Counted from the stretch's first letter, positions 8,127-16,859 are shown. The stretch is 64,000 nucleotides of DNA from an uncultured Burkholderiales bacterium (GCA_964386195.1 CAYLTE010000003.1:99-64098), one strand, 5' to 3'. The notes: generated by a model not told the origin, from the sequence alone. Program-made: numbers and translations.

Positions 8127-10121
8127 TTACTTCGCCTCGTACCACGTATCACCGATGCCGCTGTCCGATGCCAGCGGGATGTCCTGCCCCCACACTGGTC
8201 GCTGCTTCATCGTCGCTGCCATAAAGTCCCGACACTGCTCTGCAAATTCTTCCGGCACCACGCACACGATGTTGTCATAACACTCCGTCGCGACCTTGTA
8301 GCCGGCCTCGTGTATGGCGATCATCTGCGCACCGACGATCTCTTGCTCTAGAAGCTGCGCGACGTTGTTGGTTGCTGAGCCTCCGTAGATGTGAACGCGC
8401 GACCTGCCATCCCAGTAGGTCGCCTCGCCAGAGTCAGACCGCTGCAGTCCAGGATAGTTCAACCGTGCGCCCGAGGGAGCGACGATGCACTCCTTCTCGG
8501 TGTAGAGCACGCCGCGCGGGCCAAAGTGTACCCGCTCGCCGCGGATCATGGCGTTGATGACGCCCTCCATCGTGGACCACAGTCCGGTCTTGCTGTCCGA
8601 GATCTGCCGGTTCGACTGGCGCCAGAGTTGCACAATACCATTGGTCACCGCGCAGTGGATCAGTCGGTCGCCCATCTCCAGCCGACTCGGCATCTGCGAT
8701 ACGGTCTCGACATTCTTGGGGTTGTTCAGGAAGCGCGTGGGATCGATCTGCATCGCCACCATATCGCGCTCGGTGAACTGGATCGGGGGTGCGCCCAGGT
8801 GTCCCTTCAAGAAGTTGAAAGCAGCAGTGTACCACCCTTGCTGGAACAGAAAGCTCAGTTCACTGATCTTACCCACCTGACCGGGGATGAAGTCTTCCTC
8901 AGGGCGCTTCTTGCGATCAACAGGGCGCCCGTAGATACGCGTGGCAAACTCCGAGTACACGTCCCGACCCTGGGCGAACGCCTCAACCTTGTCCTGCTGC
9001 CCTGCGAGCCAAGCGGTCAGGCGCGCCTGAATCTGAGAGGAGTCTGCGGACACGACTTTGCAGCCCTCCGGCGCGCGAATCGACCGTTTGATGACCGTCA
9101 TCTGTGGGTTGGCCTTGTTCACAGAGGTCAGGTTCATCCAGTTCATGCCGTCGCCCGCGGATGCCCGCTGGGTATGCGTGCCGTTCGACTTGATGTACAC
9201 CGGCAGCGGCCCGCGTCGCGCGCAGTCCAGGAAGCGCTGGGCGCGCGTCTCGATGATAGTGGACTTCACAGACAGGCGCGTCTCCGCGAGGAACCGAATA
9301 TCCTCATCCTGATCCTCCAGCAACTCCTGCATGCCGGGGTCCGTCTTGGCGAACGCAAAGATCGTCTTCGGAGAGCCGTCCGGATTGGGCTTACCCAGCT
9401 TGGTCGGCGCAGCGCGGCCATGCAGCTTCAGTATCTGTGCGAACTTGTCGGAAGAACTGAACAGCGACTTGTCATAGCCACACTTGGCGAGCAACGCCGC
9501 CTTGCGCTCTTGCTCAGCGAGCACGGCCTGCTCCAGCAGGGCTACGTCCCCCTGGAACACGGGCTCGGTAAACATCCGGGTCTTCAGATCAATCAGCTTC
9601 AGTTGCTGCTCCGTGCACTGCGGCAGGTACAGTTGTGCCAGTGCGTATTCGCCGTCGCAGTCTTCCATGCAGTACGACGTGAAGTTGTGAAGCTCGTCCC
9701 GGGAGAAGTCCTCCAGGTGTTTGCCCTTGGCCATGCCAAGAACTTCCACCCGCTTCACGCCCAGGTTGTGCCGGCGCAGGCACGAGCCCAGATCATGCGG
9801 TACCTTCGGACCATCCACGATACTCGACATGGGGATGGTGTCCAAGATGAACCCGGGCGATACGCCGTACTTCCAGTACAGGATCGCCGCATCGAACTGC
9901 GCGTGATGGCTCAGAAGTGCCGTATTCGGCCAATCCACCTCTTCGCGAATGAACTGTTCCGCGCGCTCAGGCAGCACCCAGAAGGAAGGCTGCGCGTTAA
10001 ACTTGAAGCCCCAGATCAGCACCTCGAACCTGGGGTCGCGAATGTACGCCTCGTTGGTCATCTTGCTCAACGAGTATTCCGAATCGAAGTAGGTCTCGGC
10101 GTCCGCGGTCAGGATGTCCAT
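8127..10121 (-). CDS. family A DNA polymerase with 3'-5' exonuclease domain
   Basis: Exo I ADAETYFDS; motif A VSADSSQIQARL; motif B GKISELSFLFQQG; motif C ECYDNIVCVV. ATG at 10119-10121 with AAGGAA RBS. Confidence 0.92.
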   Translation of the reverse strand: MDILTADAETYFDSEYSLSKMTNEAYIRDPRFEVLIWGFKFNAQPSFWVLPERAEQFIREEVDWPNTALLSHHAQFDAAILYWKYGVSPGFILDTIPMSSIVDGPKVPHDLGSCLRRHNLGVKRVEVLGMAKGKHLEDFSRDELHNFTSYCMEDCDGEYALAQLYLPQCTEQQLKLIDLKTRMFTEPVFQGDVALLEQAVLAEQERKAALLAKCGYDKSLFSSSDKFAQILKLHGRAAPTKLGKPNPDGSPKTIFAFAKTDPGMQELLEDQDEDIRFLAETRLSVKSTIIETRAQRFLDCARRGPLPVYIKSNGTHTQRASAGDGMNWMNLTSVNKANPQMTVIKRSIRAPEGCKVVSADSSQIQARLTAWLAGQQDKVEAFAQGRDVYSEFATRIYGRPVDRKKRPEEDFIPGQVGKISELSFLFQQGWYTAAFNFLKGHLGAPPIQFTERDMVAMQIDPTRFLNNPKNVETVSQMPSRLEMGDRLIHCAVTNGIVQLWRQSNRQISDSKTGLWSTMEGVINAMIRGERVHFGPRGVLYTEKECIVAPSGARLNYPGLQRSDSGEATYWDGRSRVHIYGGSATNNVAQLLEQEIVGAQMIAIHEAGYKVATECYDNIVCVVPEEFAEQCRDFMAATMKQRPVWGQDIPLASDSGIGDTWYEAK

Positions 10122-10363
10122 CGCGGTTCCTTGACCAGTTGGATGCGGACATCTCGTACGATTTTGCGCCCCTGGCGAATACACAGCAAACGGATATACC
10201 CCTTCTCATAAATATCGGGGAAGGTCGCACGTACGCGCATGAATTCTCCGATCGACAACTTGATTGCGCGCACATTAACCCCGCCGCGCCACATCAGATA
10301 AAGCCAACTGGCGATGTGGTGCCCGAGTGAAGGCCGCGAGAGCGGCAGCGTACCTTGGCTCAC
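10109..10363 (-). CDS. hypothetical protein (84 aa)
   Basis: ATGA coupling to the upstream gene and a 13-nt overlap with the polymerase start; locally lower GC and protein-like sequence. Confidence 0.6.
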   Translation of the reverse strand: MSQGTLPLSRPSLGHHIASWLYLMWRGGVNVRAIKLSIGEFMRVRATFPDIYEKGYIRLLCIRQGRKIVRDVRIQLVKEPRWTS

Positions 10364-11061
10364 GCGGTATTTCCTCGCCGCTTCGTGGGAATGAACTTGC
10401 GCTTCCAGCGATTGAATGCACGCATGAACGGAAAGCGCGCGCTCTCCAGATTCTCCATTTTCTCCAGCAGCCCTGTTGCCATATATGCCTGAGTCTCGTC
10501 CATGAACACGGCTTCGCTGTATCGCTGCGCCGCCAGCGCTGCCGCAATGGTCTTGCGTGCGTCTGCGGGCAGCGCTTCCGTAAGGGTATCCATCGCCTCA
10601 CGATACTGGGGCAACAGGTAATACATGGCGTGCGCGATCTCATGCTCTATCACCGAGGTCTGCTGCGTCACTGCCCCGATGATATAAAACTGCCCGCGCT
10701 GATGCTGCTGAACCACCGTGGCGATGCGCGCAAAACGAATATCCCAAACGGACAACTCCGGCAGCGGTAGCTGCAGGAACGCTTCGACGGCCTCGCCGGG
10801 GATGTTGTACCCCTGGAAGTCCTCGAAGTACGAAAACATATGTGGCGCGGGCTCATTTTCCTGTCGGGTTTCTCCGATGTACCAGTGCATGAATTGGCTC
10901 AGCGTAAAAGCCTTACCGCGGAACTCCGGGTTTCCCGACTCGTAGAATTCCTGCGGGCGGATGAACAGCAGGCCAAGATCGACGGGGCTGTCCGCAGTGA
11001 CCAGCCAGGCGCCGGCTTTTGCAATGCGCTCGATGGTGAAGCCGTCCACGTGGAACTTCAT
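10360..11061 (-). CDS. hypothetical protein with HExxH motif (possible metallopeptidase)
   Basis: HEIAHAMYY motif; ATGA coupling at 11058-11061. Confidence 0.7.
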   Translation of the reverse strand: MKFHVDGFTIERIAKAGAWLVTADSPVDLGLLFIRPQEFYESGNPEFRGKAFTLSQFMHWYIGETRQENEPAPHMFSYFEDFQGYNIPGEAVEAFLQLPLPELSVWDIRFARIATVVQQHQRGQFYIIGAVTQQTSVIEHEIAHAMYYLLPQYREAMDTLTEALPADARKTIAAALAAQRYSEAVFMDETQAYMATGLLEKMENLESARFPFMRAFNRWKRKFIPTKRRGNTA

Positions 11062-11603
11062 TCTGCATCCTTGTAGAACAGCGGGCAGACTTCGAAGAAT
11101 CGCGCGATGAACTGCTGCTTCGCTTCCGCGGGGGTCCAGCAGAATAGTTGGCGATTGGCAGGCGCGGGGGCCGACTCCGCGCCATACCACGCTGCAGCCG
11201 ACAAGCCCGGGACTGTGGGTAGCAGTACTTCGCGCTCGCGCATCAGCATGGCCTGGTCTGCGACATGCACCTCTTCCGGAAGCTGGCGCGGTAGATCAAA
11301 CTTTTCCGCGATCACGGCCCAGTTCAATGCCTCCAGGTCCGCATAGTTCTCCAGGTGTCGCTTCACCGGACTGGCTACGTCCGTCACATACGCTTCCGTG
11401 GCGTCATGCAGCAGTGCCACCAGGGCAAGTTCCTCAGGCACGCAGTGTGACACATGCACAGAGTGCTCCGCCACAGAGTAAAATGTGCGCGCGTGTCCTG
11501 TGAAGCGGCACTGCATCGACAGCGAGTGTGCAATGTCAATCAGCGCCACCTCGTTCATGCGCGGGTCCAGCGGCCAGTAGACGCCGCCGGAGTACCGCTG
11601 CAT
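11058..11603 (-). CDS. HD-domain phosphohydrolase (YfbR-like 5'-nucleotidase type)
   Basis: VAEHSVHV ... LLHDATEAYVTDV (H...HD...D pattern). Confidence 0.8.
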   Translation of the reverse strand: MQRYSGGVYWPLDPRMNEVALIDIAHSLSMQCRFTGHARTFYSVAEHSVHVSHCVPEELALVALLHDATEAYVTDVASPVKRHLENYADLEALNWAVIAEKFDLPRQLPEEVHVADQAMLMREREVLLPTVPGLSAAAWYGAESAPAPANRQLFCWTPAEAKQQFIARFFEVCPLFYKDAE

Positions 11604-11623
11604 GAAGCTGCCCTTGCGCGCGG

Positions 11624-12430
11624 TCACGGGGCGGGCCGACGTTCCGGTGCGACGTGCAAGAGCACGTAGGCCATCGGGACCAGGTAGGGCATGTTGTAGA
11701 CCAGGTTCCGGTCCTCGGCCGCCGGCAGCGGGTACGGGAGCTTGACCACCTTCTCTTCCTCGGCGGTGTGAATGGCATCCCACTCCGCTGCGGCGGTCAT
11801 CACGGCGAAGTGATGGACCCAGATGCTTTCTTCCTCGGACGGATAGAACTCCTCCGTGCGGAAGTGCAGCCAGCGGTCAGCGCTGATGTAGACGCCGGCC
11901 TCCTCGCCAAACTCGCGGGACATCGCCTGGCACCGGCGCTCGCCGGGCTCAACCTTGCCGCCAATGCCGTTGTACTTGCCGGCCTGCCAGTCGGGGCGAA
12001 GTTTCTCGATCAGCGCGACTTCTTTGCCGTCCGGGCTGAAAGCGTAGCCCACGACGTAGTCAGCAAAGCCGGGTTCGGGCGTGTCCGCATCTGCGCGCTG
12101 CGCCGCATCCGGCTCCTTCAGTACGAGCGCAGGGGGCGTCTCGGCTGCGGCAAGCCCGTACACTTCCCCTGCGTCTACGCGGGCAACCTGGATACCTTCT
12201 GCGGTATTTTTCAGGAGGGAGATCGCGGCGCCCGAGGTCGCCACATCACGGCCGGTGCTTGTGCCTGCGGCCGTCGTGCCTGCAGCGAGGATTGCCTGCA
12301 CGCGCGCCTCCACGTCTGACAAGTCCGCAGGAGGAGCCTTCGCCTCGCGAGTCACGGCAAGCCCGGCGATCGACGCGGGAACGGTGGCGACATCATTTTC
12401 TGCAATGTTGTGGGCCTCTTGCTCGTTCAT
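11624..12430 (-). CDS. Nudix hydrolase with long Ala/Thr-rich N-terminal extension
   Basis: Nudix box GGKVEPGERRCQAMSREFGEEAGV (GX5EX7REUXEEXGU). Confidence 0.85.
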   Translation of the reverse strand: MNEQEAHNIAENDVATVPASIAGLAVTREAKAPPADLSDVEARVQAILAAGTTAAGTSTGRDVATSGAAISLLKNTAEGIQVARVDAGEVYGLAAAETPPALVLKEPDAAQRADADTPEPGFADYVVGYAFSPDGKEVALIEKLRPDWQAGKYNGIGGKVEPGERRCQAMSREFGEEAGVYISADRWLHFRTEEFYPSEEESIWVHHFAVMTAAAEWDAIHTAEEEKVVKLPYPLPAAEDRNLVYNMPYLVPMAYVLLHVAPERRPAP

Positions 12431-12431
12431 A

Positions 12432-13634
12432 TCATCCTTTCACGCACAGCACCTGCTTCAGGGTGTGCTCAATGTCCACCAGTTCTACCTGGGCAGCCAT
12501 CACCGCGTCGATGGACTTGTACGCGGCGGGGGTTTCGTCAATCACCTCGGCATCCTTGCGACACTCCACGCCTGCAGTATCGCGGGCATGATCTTCCAGT
12601 GTGAAGCGCTTGCGCGCCTCATTGCGACTCATCGCGCGGCCGGCACCATGCGAGCAGGAGCAGAAGCTGTCCCGGTTCCCCTTGCCTCGGACGATAAAAG
12701 ACTTCGCACCCATACTGCCGGGGATGATGCCCAGTTCGCCCGCTTTAGCCGACACTGCGCCCTTCCGCGTGAGTAGAACATTCTCGCCAAAATGGCGCTC
12801 GAACGACGCGTAGTTATGGTGGCAATTCACTGCCATCTCGCCGGCAACCTCGACCGGCTGTACAAAATGCCGTTGAACCGCTAGCAGCGTTGCGTGCATC
12901 ATCTGGCGGCGGTTCTCCGCAGCGAAGCGCTGCGCCCAGTGCAACGCTTCCATGTATTCTCCGAAGTGCTGCGAGCCCTCGGGGATATACGCCAGGTCTG
13001 CATCCGGCAGGTTGATGAACCAGCGGCGCATGTCCTCCTTGGCCTTCTCGATAAAGTACTGCCCGATCGCGTTGCCAATGCCGCGCGAGCCAGAATGCAG
13101 CATCACCCATACCCGCTGGCGCTCATCCAGGCACATCTCGATGAAGTGGTTGCCGCCGCCAAGTGTGCCAATATGATGCGGTGCCCGCTGGGCTGCCCGC
13201 TCCAGCTTCTGATGTTTCGTTGTCGGCTTGGTCAGCCCGGCATACCAGGCACCATATCGCGGCGAACTGTGCGCGCCACGGTCATTCGGGCCGCCATTGT
13301 CAGTACGGCCGTGCGGGACGGCAGCTTCGATTGCACTGCGGATAGCGAACAGATTGTCCGGCAGGTCTTCCGCCGTCAAGTTAAGCGGCACGGCCATCAT
13401 GCCGCAGCCGATATCCACGCCCACTGCGGCGGGGATAATCGCCCCGCGGGTTGCGATCACACTGCCGACCGTCGCGCCCTTGCCGTAATGCACATCCGGC
13501 ATAACGGCAAGATGGGAATGGATGAAGGGCATCCGGGAAATATTGTACAGTTGCTGGCGGGCCTGGTCTTCAACCGGAACCCCGTCAGTGAACATCTTGA
13601 TCGGCACGCCACCTTCGAGTTTTTCAACCTGCAT
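12432..13634 (-). CDS. rtcB: RtcB-family RNA 3'-phosphate/5'-OH ligase
   Basis: Colinear RtcB signatures: MPDVHYGKG, GVDIGCGM, GTLGGGNHFIE, HSGSRG, NCHHNY, GSMG, SCSHGAGR. ATG at 13632-13634 with GAGG RBS; the ORF-track start at 13646 is a TTG. Confidence 0.93.
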   Translation of the reverse strand: MQVEKLEGGVPIKMFTDGVPVEDQARQQLYNISRMPFIHSHLAVMPDVHYGKGATVGSVIATRGAIIPAAVGVDIGCGMMAVPLNLTAEDLPDNLFAIRSAIEAAVPHGRTDNGGPNDRGAHSSPRYGAWYAGLTKPTTKHQKLERAAQRAPHHIGTLGGGNHFIEMCLDERQRVWVMLHSGSRGIGNAIGQYFIEKAKEDMRRWFINLPDADLAYIPEGSQHFGEYMEALHWAQRFAAENRRQMMHATLLAVQRHFVQPVEVAGEMAVNCHHNYASFERHFGENVLLTRKGAVSAKAGELGIIPGSMGAKSFIVRGKGNRDSFCSCSHGAGRAMSRNEARKRFTLEDHARDTAGVECRKDAEVIDETPAAYKSIDAVMAAQVELVDIEHTLKQVLCVKG

Positions 13635-13642
13635 AATCTGCC

Positions 13643-13855
13643 TCAATGATAAGTCATCTGGTCAGGCACACGGCACAGCCCGATGGACACAAGATACGCT
13701 GCCTGCTCCAGCAGTGCAGAGGGGACGCACTCCGCCTCGATCATGTCCTGCATCAGAATCACGATCTCCCAGGTGGACAGCAGCCCCGCCCGGAACGCGT
13801 GCCAGCGGCGCATCGGCACAGGCTCCCGGTAGTGCATGACATAGGCTTCGCTCAC
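13643..13855 (-). CDS. hypothetical protein (70 aa, GTG start)
   Basis: ORF abutting rtcB; no motif recognised. Confidence 0.55.
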   Translation of the reverse strand: MSEAYVMHYREPVPMRRWHAFRAGLLSTWEIVILMQDMIEAECVPSALLEQAAYLVSIGLCRVPDQMTYH

Positions 13856-13866
13856 GCAGCTTCGCC

Positions 13867-14337
13867 TTACCGGCCCTTGTACAGGTGCGGCGTGCGCAGC
13901 GCGGCGTTGTGCCGCTTCAGGTCGCGGTACTTCATCTTAGGCGTGCCGCGCTTCAGCAGGGTCGGGTACGGTACTGGGTACAGCGTGGTCTGCACCACGT
14001 GCTCCAGCTTGCCCGTCTGCTCGTTCTTCTGCAGGACATGCACCGGCGAGCGCGGGGTCTTGCCGTCTGCACTCATGATAACCTTGGTCACGGTGCGCGA
14101 GACCACTCGCCGACGCGCGCCCACGATGGGGCGCAGGATGGGGCCGAAGCGTCGGCACACCTGCTCGAAGTTCGGCTTCAGTTTGCGATCCACCGGGCCA
14201 AGCTCGCGAATCACCCGCTCGCGCGTCTCGAATGTGGGCATGCGACCGATGTGATGCAACTTCGGCTTCTCGTACTCCGGAATGGTTTTGCCGGGCTTAT
14301 ACCCGGCTTTGTGTGCAAGACTCGTGACGTGTTGCAT
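13867..14337 (-). CDS. hypothetical basic protein (156 aa)
   Basis: ATG with GGAGGGG RBS; Lys/Arg-rich. Confidence 0.7.
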   Translation of the reverse strand: MQHVTSLAHKAGYKPGKTIPEYEKPKLHHIGRMPTFETRERVIRELGPVDRKLKPNFEQVCRRFGPILRPIVGARRRVVSRTVTKVIMSADGKTPRSPVHVLQKNEQTGKLEHVVQTTLYPVPYPTLLKRGTPKMKYRDLKRHNAALRTPHLYKGR

Positions 14338-14497
14338 AGCCCCTCCAAGGGTTGTGTGTCAGAAGATCTGATCGAACAGCAGGGCGGCCAGGAGTCTGAA
14401 AGGCACTCGGTCTGTGCCTCTTCGCTCGGGGACTCGACCCACCGCGACGAGTGCCCGATCGGGGTAACACTTCGCCGCGCTCCTGCCATAACTGCCC

Positions 14498-14689
14498 CTA
14501 CTGCTCGATCACATCTTCCGAAGTTACCGGATACAACTCTTCCCGTAGTGCCCCAGACCTGGACAGTAGCCCGGCCTGGCCTTTCGCGGTCTTCAACTCC
14601 TGCCAGTCATCCAGTCCAGGAACATGAAAACTGGCGGGTTCACTTTTGTCCAAGCGCTCCGCCTGGAGATATTGCGAGATCATTGTCAT
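14498..14689 (-). CDS. hypothetical acidic protein (63 aa)
   Basis: ORF in the operon direction, flanked by untranslated gaps; no clear RBS. Confidence 0.5.
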   Translation of the reverse strand: MTMISQYLQAERLDKSEPASFHVPGLDDWQELKTAKGQAGLLSRSGALREELYPVTSEDVIEQ

Positions 14690-14731
14690 ACAAACTCAGA
14701 CTGCGCTACCCTTGGGAAGTTCCTTTCAGGA

Positions 14732-14762
14732 GCGCCCCACCAACCGCGCGAAGGTGGGGCGC
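14732..14762. other. strong GC hairpin (10-bp perfect stem) in an untranslated gap
   Basis: GCGCCCCACC (14732-14741), an 11-nt loop, then GGTGGGGCGC (14753-14762). No U-tract on either strand. Confidence 0.6.
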
Positions 14763-14886
14763 TGATTCTCAGGGATGAAGTATGCGGTGAGTTAGGCTTT
14801 CATGGGCGGCTCCTCCAGGAAATTGAAGCTGGCGATCTCAAGTCAGGCTGCACTGCTCAGATAAGACCTGGGCGTGCCGGCAAAGT

Positions 14887-15396
14887 TCAGTTCCTCCCAC
14901 CCACTTTCGCAAGCAGCGCGGACTCAGCCATCCGCAGGTAATGCGACTTGCCGCCGCCCGCAGCGCCACCGTAGAGAATCTTCGTCGCCTCCATCCTGTT
15001 CAGCCTGTCCTGAAGGTGCTGGGCGTGGAGGCGGAGGGCGCCAACGTATTTTGCGTAGTCGCCCGCATAAACAACGTCACCGAATTGTGAGAACTTGTAG
15101 CCATCTTGATTCGGCTCCTCCGGCCTCCCCTTCGCGTTCTCGATGGCGCAGAGGCGTTTGCGGTGTTCTAGCAGTTCTGTTGCCAGAGAGCGAACCAGCG
15201 CGGCAGGGTGGATTTCCGCCAAAGTCTCAATCGTTTCGTCCTCTTTAATGTGCCTATCTGTTGCGACATCCAGCGTCGGCGCTTCGTGAGGGGCGGTAGG
15301 ATTGACTTTAATTCCGCATTTACTGCGGGCTTCTAACTCAGATTTACAATGCTGGAACGCTGGGCCGCGGTCGCCGCAGTAATTACAAAAAGACAT
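14887..15396 (-). CDS. hypothetical protein with N-terminal CxxC and a C-terminal orphan P-loop-like string
   Basis: MSFCNYCGD...; C-terminal ILYGGAAGGGKSHYL about 20 aa before the stop; AAGGAAGG RBS. Confidence 0.65.
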   Translation of the reverse strand: MSFCNYCGDRGPAFQHCKSELEARSKCGIKVNPTAPHEAPTLDVATDRHIKEDETIETLAEIHPAALVRSLATELLEHRKRLCAIENAKGRPEEPNQDGYKFSQFGDVVYAGDYAKYVGALRLHAQHLQDRLNRMEATKILYGGAAGGGKSHYLRMAESALLAKVGGRN

Positions 15397-15397
15397 C

Positions 15398-15805
15398 TCA
15401 CACCTTCCTTTCTGTCGGCAGAGGGGGCAGCGGTTGCCAGCCAATTAGTTTTGGTCCGCAATGCTCAATGAATGACCGGTGCTCGTCTTGCCATTGCTCA
15501 GACGGTTCCGGGTAGTTCATTTCGGCAAGCGGTTGTTTCTTCCCTAGTCCGCGCCACAAACCATTAGTCACCAGAACAAACTCGTTTTCTGGCGCAGTCT
15601 CAATCGGCATCCACCCGCCATCATCCTTCTCCGCAAGCGCGGCGGTGATGCGGGCGCGACGGTTCCACATTTCTGGCTCAGCGCAAGCAGCGCATTCCTC
15701 ACACTCGACGTAATGCCAGTCTTTGCCGTCGCCTGTCTTGCCGAGACTTCTCGACACCAGTGCGCTCCCACAAAACGGGCACGGCAGCAGTTCATCGTTT
15801 GCCAT
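15398..15805 (-). CDS. Lar-like restriction-alleviation zinc-ribbon fused to a DUF551-like C-terminal domain
   Basis: N-terminal LLPCPFCGS...YVECEECAAC matches the recalled Lar family pattern. C-terminal GGWMPIETAPENEFVLV is DUF551-like. GAAGGAG RBS. Confidence 0.68.
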   Translation of the reverse strand: MANDELLPCPFCGSALVSRSLGKTGDGKDWHYVECEECAACAEPEMWNRRARITAALAEKDDGGWMPIETAPENEFVLVTNGLWRGLGKKQPLAEMNYPEPSEQWQDEHRSFIEHCGPKLIGWQPLPPLPTERKV

Positions 15806-16859
15806 GTTCGGACTCCTTCTTCCCGGCAGTGGCGCGGAGTAGGGCAGCGTTACGTTCGACGGATTCTTGCTCTGCATCGTGATACTGTGGAAGCAGTTTC
15901 CCGCCGCAATACTGGCACCATGCTGCATCGTTTTGATGCGGCCCGCCATCTGTAAATTCAAACACATGCCCGCAGGATGTGTTCCACGGCCCATCGGAAT
16001 CCTGCATCCACACGCAATGTGATTCTGCCACCGGCACCCGCACATGCGTCTGCTCGGATTGGGGTGCAGGCAGTATTGTGTCGCCAATATACGACGCGCC
16101 GACCGGCCCCATCGGGACCTTGCTGTAATCCTCTACATTGACCTGATCGGCTGCGCGGGTGATGGCTTCGCGGCACATCGCTATCACAGCATGGTCGCCT
16201 CGTTCTTTCTTGTTTTTGATGCATTCAACCAGAATACCCTTGCAAATCTCCGCCGCCCGCAGCATCCCCTCACGCACTCCTGACGGCGGGGCGGTGTAGA
16301 GGGGGCGTAACTCGTAATCCGCCCTGTCTTTAAGACACTTAGCTGTAGCCTCGTCTGCGTGTTGCCAAATTGACGGCCCTTCTTCTGGATCAATATAGCG
16401 TTGCTGCCACGCCACCGGCTCCCCCTGCGGCTGCGCTTCCTGCCAGTAGGCGCATCGTTGCTGATTGCTGGCGGCACACTTGCACGGAGGGGCTACGCAA
16501 CGACCCTGCGGCTGCGCGGAAAGGGCTTTGCGGCAATCAATCAGCAATCGCTCCAATTCTCTCGGCGGCATACTCATGTGTAGTTCAGCCGCAATGCTGG
16601 CGGCCCGTCGCTGCAAATACTCGGCGTCTATGCGGGCGTCCAGCCGCTTCACTAGTTCCTCGCGCTCACTCATGGCTTTCTCCTTTGACTGCGCGGCGGT
16701 GAGGGTGGCAAACATGGTTACAATATCTTTGCGACAATTAGCCCTCTCGTCATCAAGTCGCTTACATTCTTCTCCGTGTGCTGTTTCGTAATTCGCTTGA
16801 ATTGCCTCAAGCTCGTCTAACAGCGCCACCAGCGCGTCGGTGTCAGCGGGGGCGGTCAT
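15792..16859 (-). CDS. hypothetical Cys-rich protein (355 aa)
   Basis: Long ORF in the operon with ATGA coupling downstream; coiled-coil N-terminus; no family recognised. Confidence 0.75.
   Translation of the reverse strand: MTAPADTDALVALLDELEAIQANYETAHGEECKRLDDERANCRKDIVTMFATLTAAQSKEKAMSEREELVKRLDARIDAEYLQRRAASIAAELHMSMPPRELERLLIDCRKALSAQPQGRCVAPPCKCAASNQQRCAYWQEAQPQGEPVAWQQRYIDPEEGPSIWQHADEATAKCLKDRADYELRPLYTAPPSGVREGMLRAAEICKGILVECIKNKKERGDHAVIAMCREAITRAADQVNVEDYSKVPMGPVGASYIGDTILPAPQSEQTHVRVPVAESHCVWMQDSDGPWNTSCGHVFEFTDGGPHQNDAAWCQYCGGKLLPQYHDAEQESVERNAALLRATAGKKESEHGKR

Noticed and set aside
14696-14707. Exact 12-mer TCAGACTGCGCT shared by two minus-strand intergenic regions (14696-14707 and 61094-61105), with a related AGCGCAGTCT at about 25616.
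   Set aside because: In 64 kb, many exact 12-mer coincidences are expected by chance (on the order of a hundred pairs by a rough estimate). Two copies are not enough to call a motif, although both being intergenic keeps it mildly suspicious.
14887-14950. The C-terminal GGAAGGGKS P-loop of ORF 14887-15396 as evidence for a truncated ATPase or terminase pseudogene.
   Set aside because: There is only one short motif, and no continuation of similarity in any frame downstream. It is mentioned within the gap finding but not called a pseudogene.
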